A stretch of 46,880 nucleotides of DNA from Klebsormidium nitens (taxonomy: Eukaryota; Plantae; Klebsormidiophyceae): assembly GCA_000708835.1 (NCBI GenBank), contig DF237614.1:1-46880 (forward strand), written 5' to 3'. A model generated the notes under the pieces. It was given only the letters and a program-made list of their open reading frames with translations, made no database searches and was not told where the DNA came from. Within the stretch, counting starts at the first letter, position 1. Every line of letters starts with the position of its first letter. Made by a program: the position numbers and the translations under genes. This document shows positions 44,888 through 46,880 of this stretch, piece by piece.

Positions 44888-44914
44888 TATCACGGGAATT
44901 AGCATAATCGAGCG

Positions 44915-45394
44915 ATGGAGGCGATAAACCCTCTCTACGGGCAAGCTTTCGGAGCTGCCCAGAAGCATCTCCCCGGCGCCCTCTCTCAGCTGGCGGATAC
45001 CACCGGCATGTACAGCGACGGTCTATTGGACTTTCTAAACGGACCCACGGCCGCTCAGATCAAGAAATTCTTCATAGTGCTACGCATAGTGGCCACGGCC
45101 GCACTGCTCTACTACGCCTACTGGTTTAGCAACAAGTTGAGGTCGATTTCCCTCGAGAGGCAGTATGAATCGGAGGAGAGGAGGCAGACGGAGGTGGCGA
45201 GGGCTCTCGCGGAAAACACCCTCTGGTTGGGGTCTCAGAGAGGGGTTATCCCCCTCATCTGGGACATATGGATGACGCTCCTCTTCACCTTTGTAATCGT
45301 ATATGGCGTGAAGCAAGTGCTGGAGAAGCGCCTCGGCGAGTATGTCATGCGGCAGATCGCCGAACAGGCCGCCGCCGTGCTCAAGAAGAAGTGA
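44915..45394 (+). CDS. Hypothetical membrane protein (2 TM)
   Basis: 159 aa; hydrophobic FFIVLRIVATAALLYYAYWF and IWMTLLFTFVIVYGV. Confidence 0.7.
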   Translation: MEAINPLYGQAFGAAQKHLPGALSQLADTTGMYSDGLLDFLNGPTAAQIKKFFIVLRIVATAALLYYAYWFSNKLRSISLERQYESEERRQTEVARALAENTLWLGSQRGVIPLIWDIWMTLLFTFVIVYGVKQVLEKRLGEYVMRQIAEQAAAVLKKK

Positions 45395-45442
45395 GCGACT
45401 ATATAGGAAAGGCAAGAACATGAGAAGCATCATGTCTACACC

Positions 45443-45838
45443 ATGGACGACGAGACGGTCGTGGAGACTGGCTTCCTGTACGCAGCCCGGGCGCCCGGAT
45501 CTACGATAATGAAAGTCGGAATGTCCAAACAGCGGGACCCCAGCTTATACATAGCGAGACGGTACGCATTCGTTCTAGAGCCATTCGCCATCATGGGAGT
45601 GGCCGACGCCAACATGGCAGAAAAAATCGCATTCCACAAGCTGAAGCCATGGCACGTCACGCACGAGATCTTCGAGGCACTAGATTGGGATTTGGTCCAA
45701 GCGATATTCGAACAGACTGCTTACCTAGTGGCTGACAGAAACCGTTGCTTAGAGTATTGCAGCGAACACGGTATACCATTGGTGAGAGAGGGCAGGAGTA
45801 CGAAGACGATACATCATTTCGAAGATTTCGCACTCTGA
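45443..45838 (+). CDS. T5orf172/GIY-YIG-like domain protein
   Basis: GFLY..MKVGMS..DP..AEK..H.KLK..V.HEIF pattern. Confidence 0.7.
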   Translation: MDDETVVETGFLYAARAPGSTIMKVGMSKQRDPSLYIARRYAFVLEPFAIMGVADANMAEKIAFHKLKPWHVTHEIFEALDWDLVQAIFEQTAYLVADRNRCLEYCSEHGIPLVREGRSTKTIHHFEDFAL

Positions 45839-45847
45839 ATGCACATT

Positions 45848-46333
45848 TCAACGTTTGATGCCTACTGCCCTAGAACCATCCGGCAACTCTATCTCTCTTA
45901 CTACATCAGGCGGCTTTGTATCCTCCACTCGGACTACGCTAGGTGGTTCTACGACGGGTCCGGATACTGGTACTACTATCATCGGAGTCGTATCGTCTCT
46001 GGTACAATGTCCTACGATGATCGCGACTGCAATCAGCATCTCTAACAAACCTATACCTATGCACCCGTACACGAAGAGTCTGCCGGGTTGCCGAGTGGAT
46101 CCCTCCGTCAGGAATCCTGTCACCAGGAGCAAGAACTTTTGACAGCCGAATCTGACGTCCGAGTTGTACTCCAGACAGTCGTCCCAGAAAGGAGATAGAA
46201 TGAAATAGAGGATGTCTAAGACGATAGGAACCAAGTAAGACAGGGGAACCTCGTTCCCCAGGGTGGACACCACCACCAACATGAGGCTCGCTACTACCGC
46301 GTCCACTGCGTAGAGCTCGGACGCCAGCGTCAT
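45848..46333 (-). CDS. Hypothetical membrane protein (~3 TM)
   Basis: Open frame with three hydrophobic segments; ATG 6 bp after the RNR stop. Confidence 0.65.
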   Translation of the reverse strand: MTLASELYAVDAVVASLMLVVVSTLGNEVPLSYLVPIVLDILYFILSPFWDDCLEYNSDVRFGCQKFLLLVTGFLTEGSTRQPGRLFVYGCIGIGLLEMLIAVAIIVGHCTRDDTTPMIVVPVSGPVVEPPSVVRVEDTKPPDVVREIELPDGSRAVGIKR

Positions 46334-46338
46334 CCTCC

Positions 46339-46880
46339 TCAAAAGTCGTCCTCTACGAAATCGCCGTACGTCAGGCCTCCCTTCTTCCCCTTGTTCAGCG
46401 TCTCGATCACACCAGCCTTTTGATAAGAGCTCACGTGCGACTCGAACATGTTATTCTTGGACGTCAGGGAGATTAGTTCCATAAACCCGAAAGGGTTCTT
46501 GCTGCCGTTGTGGGTCTCGTAACCGAGGCTATGGAGCAAGCGGTCCGCCACGCACTCGATGTATGTGGACATTAACTTCTGGTTCATCCCAATGAGGGAA
46601 ACAGGGAGTGCGTCGCAAGCGAATTCCTTCTCTATCTCCACAGCCCCCTTCACGATCTCCAGGACCCTCTCGGACGACAGCTTCCCCACCAGCAGGTCGC
46701 GGTACAGGTGGCAGGCAAAGTCCGTATGGAGCGCCTCGTCCTTGGCGATGAGCTCGTTGGAAAATGTCAGCCCCGGCAGCAGGTTCTTGCTCTTCAGCCA
46801 GTAGATGGCGCAGAAGGAGCTGCCAAAAAGGATGCCCTCAACGCACGCAAACGCGACTAGCCTCTCAGCAAACGAGTCAG
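46339..46880 (-). CDS. RNR2: Ribonucleotide reductase small subunit (class Ia beta), 5' part outside the window
   Basis: [72 protein letters not shown]; intronless. Confidence 0.96.
   Translation of the reverse strand, partial: DSFAERLVAFACVEGILFGSSFCAIYWLKSKNLLPGLTFSNELIAKDEALHTDFACHLYRDLLVGKLSSERVLEIVKGAVEIEKEFACDALPVSLIGMNQKLMSTYIECVADRLLHSLGYETHNGSKNPFGFMELISLTSKNNMFESHVSSYQKAGVIETLNKGKKGGLTYGDFVEDDF

Larger units (their letters stand above)
30564..46880. mobile_element. Giant endogenous viral element (NCLDV-like), open at the right edge
   Basis: Abrupt change to intronless, tightly packed ORFs, including RNR small subunit, SNase, T5orf172-like, lipase 3 and MYND. No core marker (MCP, PolB, A32) lies in the window, so the lineage cannot be set. 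Confidence 0.75.

Noticed and set aside
1-46880. rRNA or tRNA genes
   Set aside because: No recognisable conserved rRNA segments or tRNA cloverleaf found by eye

Overview
Eukaryotic genomic DNA, most likely a streptophyte alga of the Klebsormidium type. This is inferred from interstitial TTTTAGGG telomere units, plant-type LRR-RLK/MSL/AHK genes and GT-AG introns. The window has two halves. (1) About 1-30.4 kb is host-like and repeat-rich. It holds an LRR receptor that has lost most of its kinase, Pro/Thr-rich wall-protein-like genes, a ~11 kb multi-exon membrane gene with bacterial Ig-like repeats, a secreted LysM gene, a non-LTR endonuclease fragment, telomere-motif repeats and two assembly gaps. 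(2) After a ~100 bp almost pure-AT tract at ~30.5 kb the DNA becomes densely packed, intronless genes typical of an endogenised giant virus (NCLDV): MYND finger, SNase, class-3 lipase, T5orf172-like protein and RNR small subunit. This block also carries three plant-like osmosensing-type genes: an AHK1-like hybrid histidine kinase, a WNK kinase and an MSL mechanosensitive channel. Two intact Fanzor (eukaryotic TnpB-like RNA-guided nuclease) elements sit in it. Both have ~27 bp TIRs, TA duplications, the same ATTATC target, no transposase and a conserved 100-nt structured 3' end. One has six 46-bp G-box repeats upstream of the ORF. A 55-bp internally deleted relic of the same element lies at 31.5 kb. 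All family assignments come from motif recognition by eye; no database searches were run.
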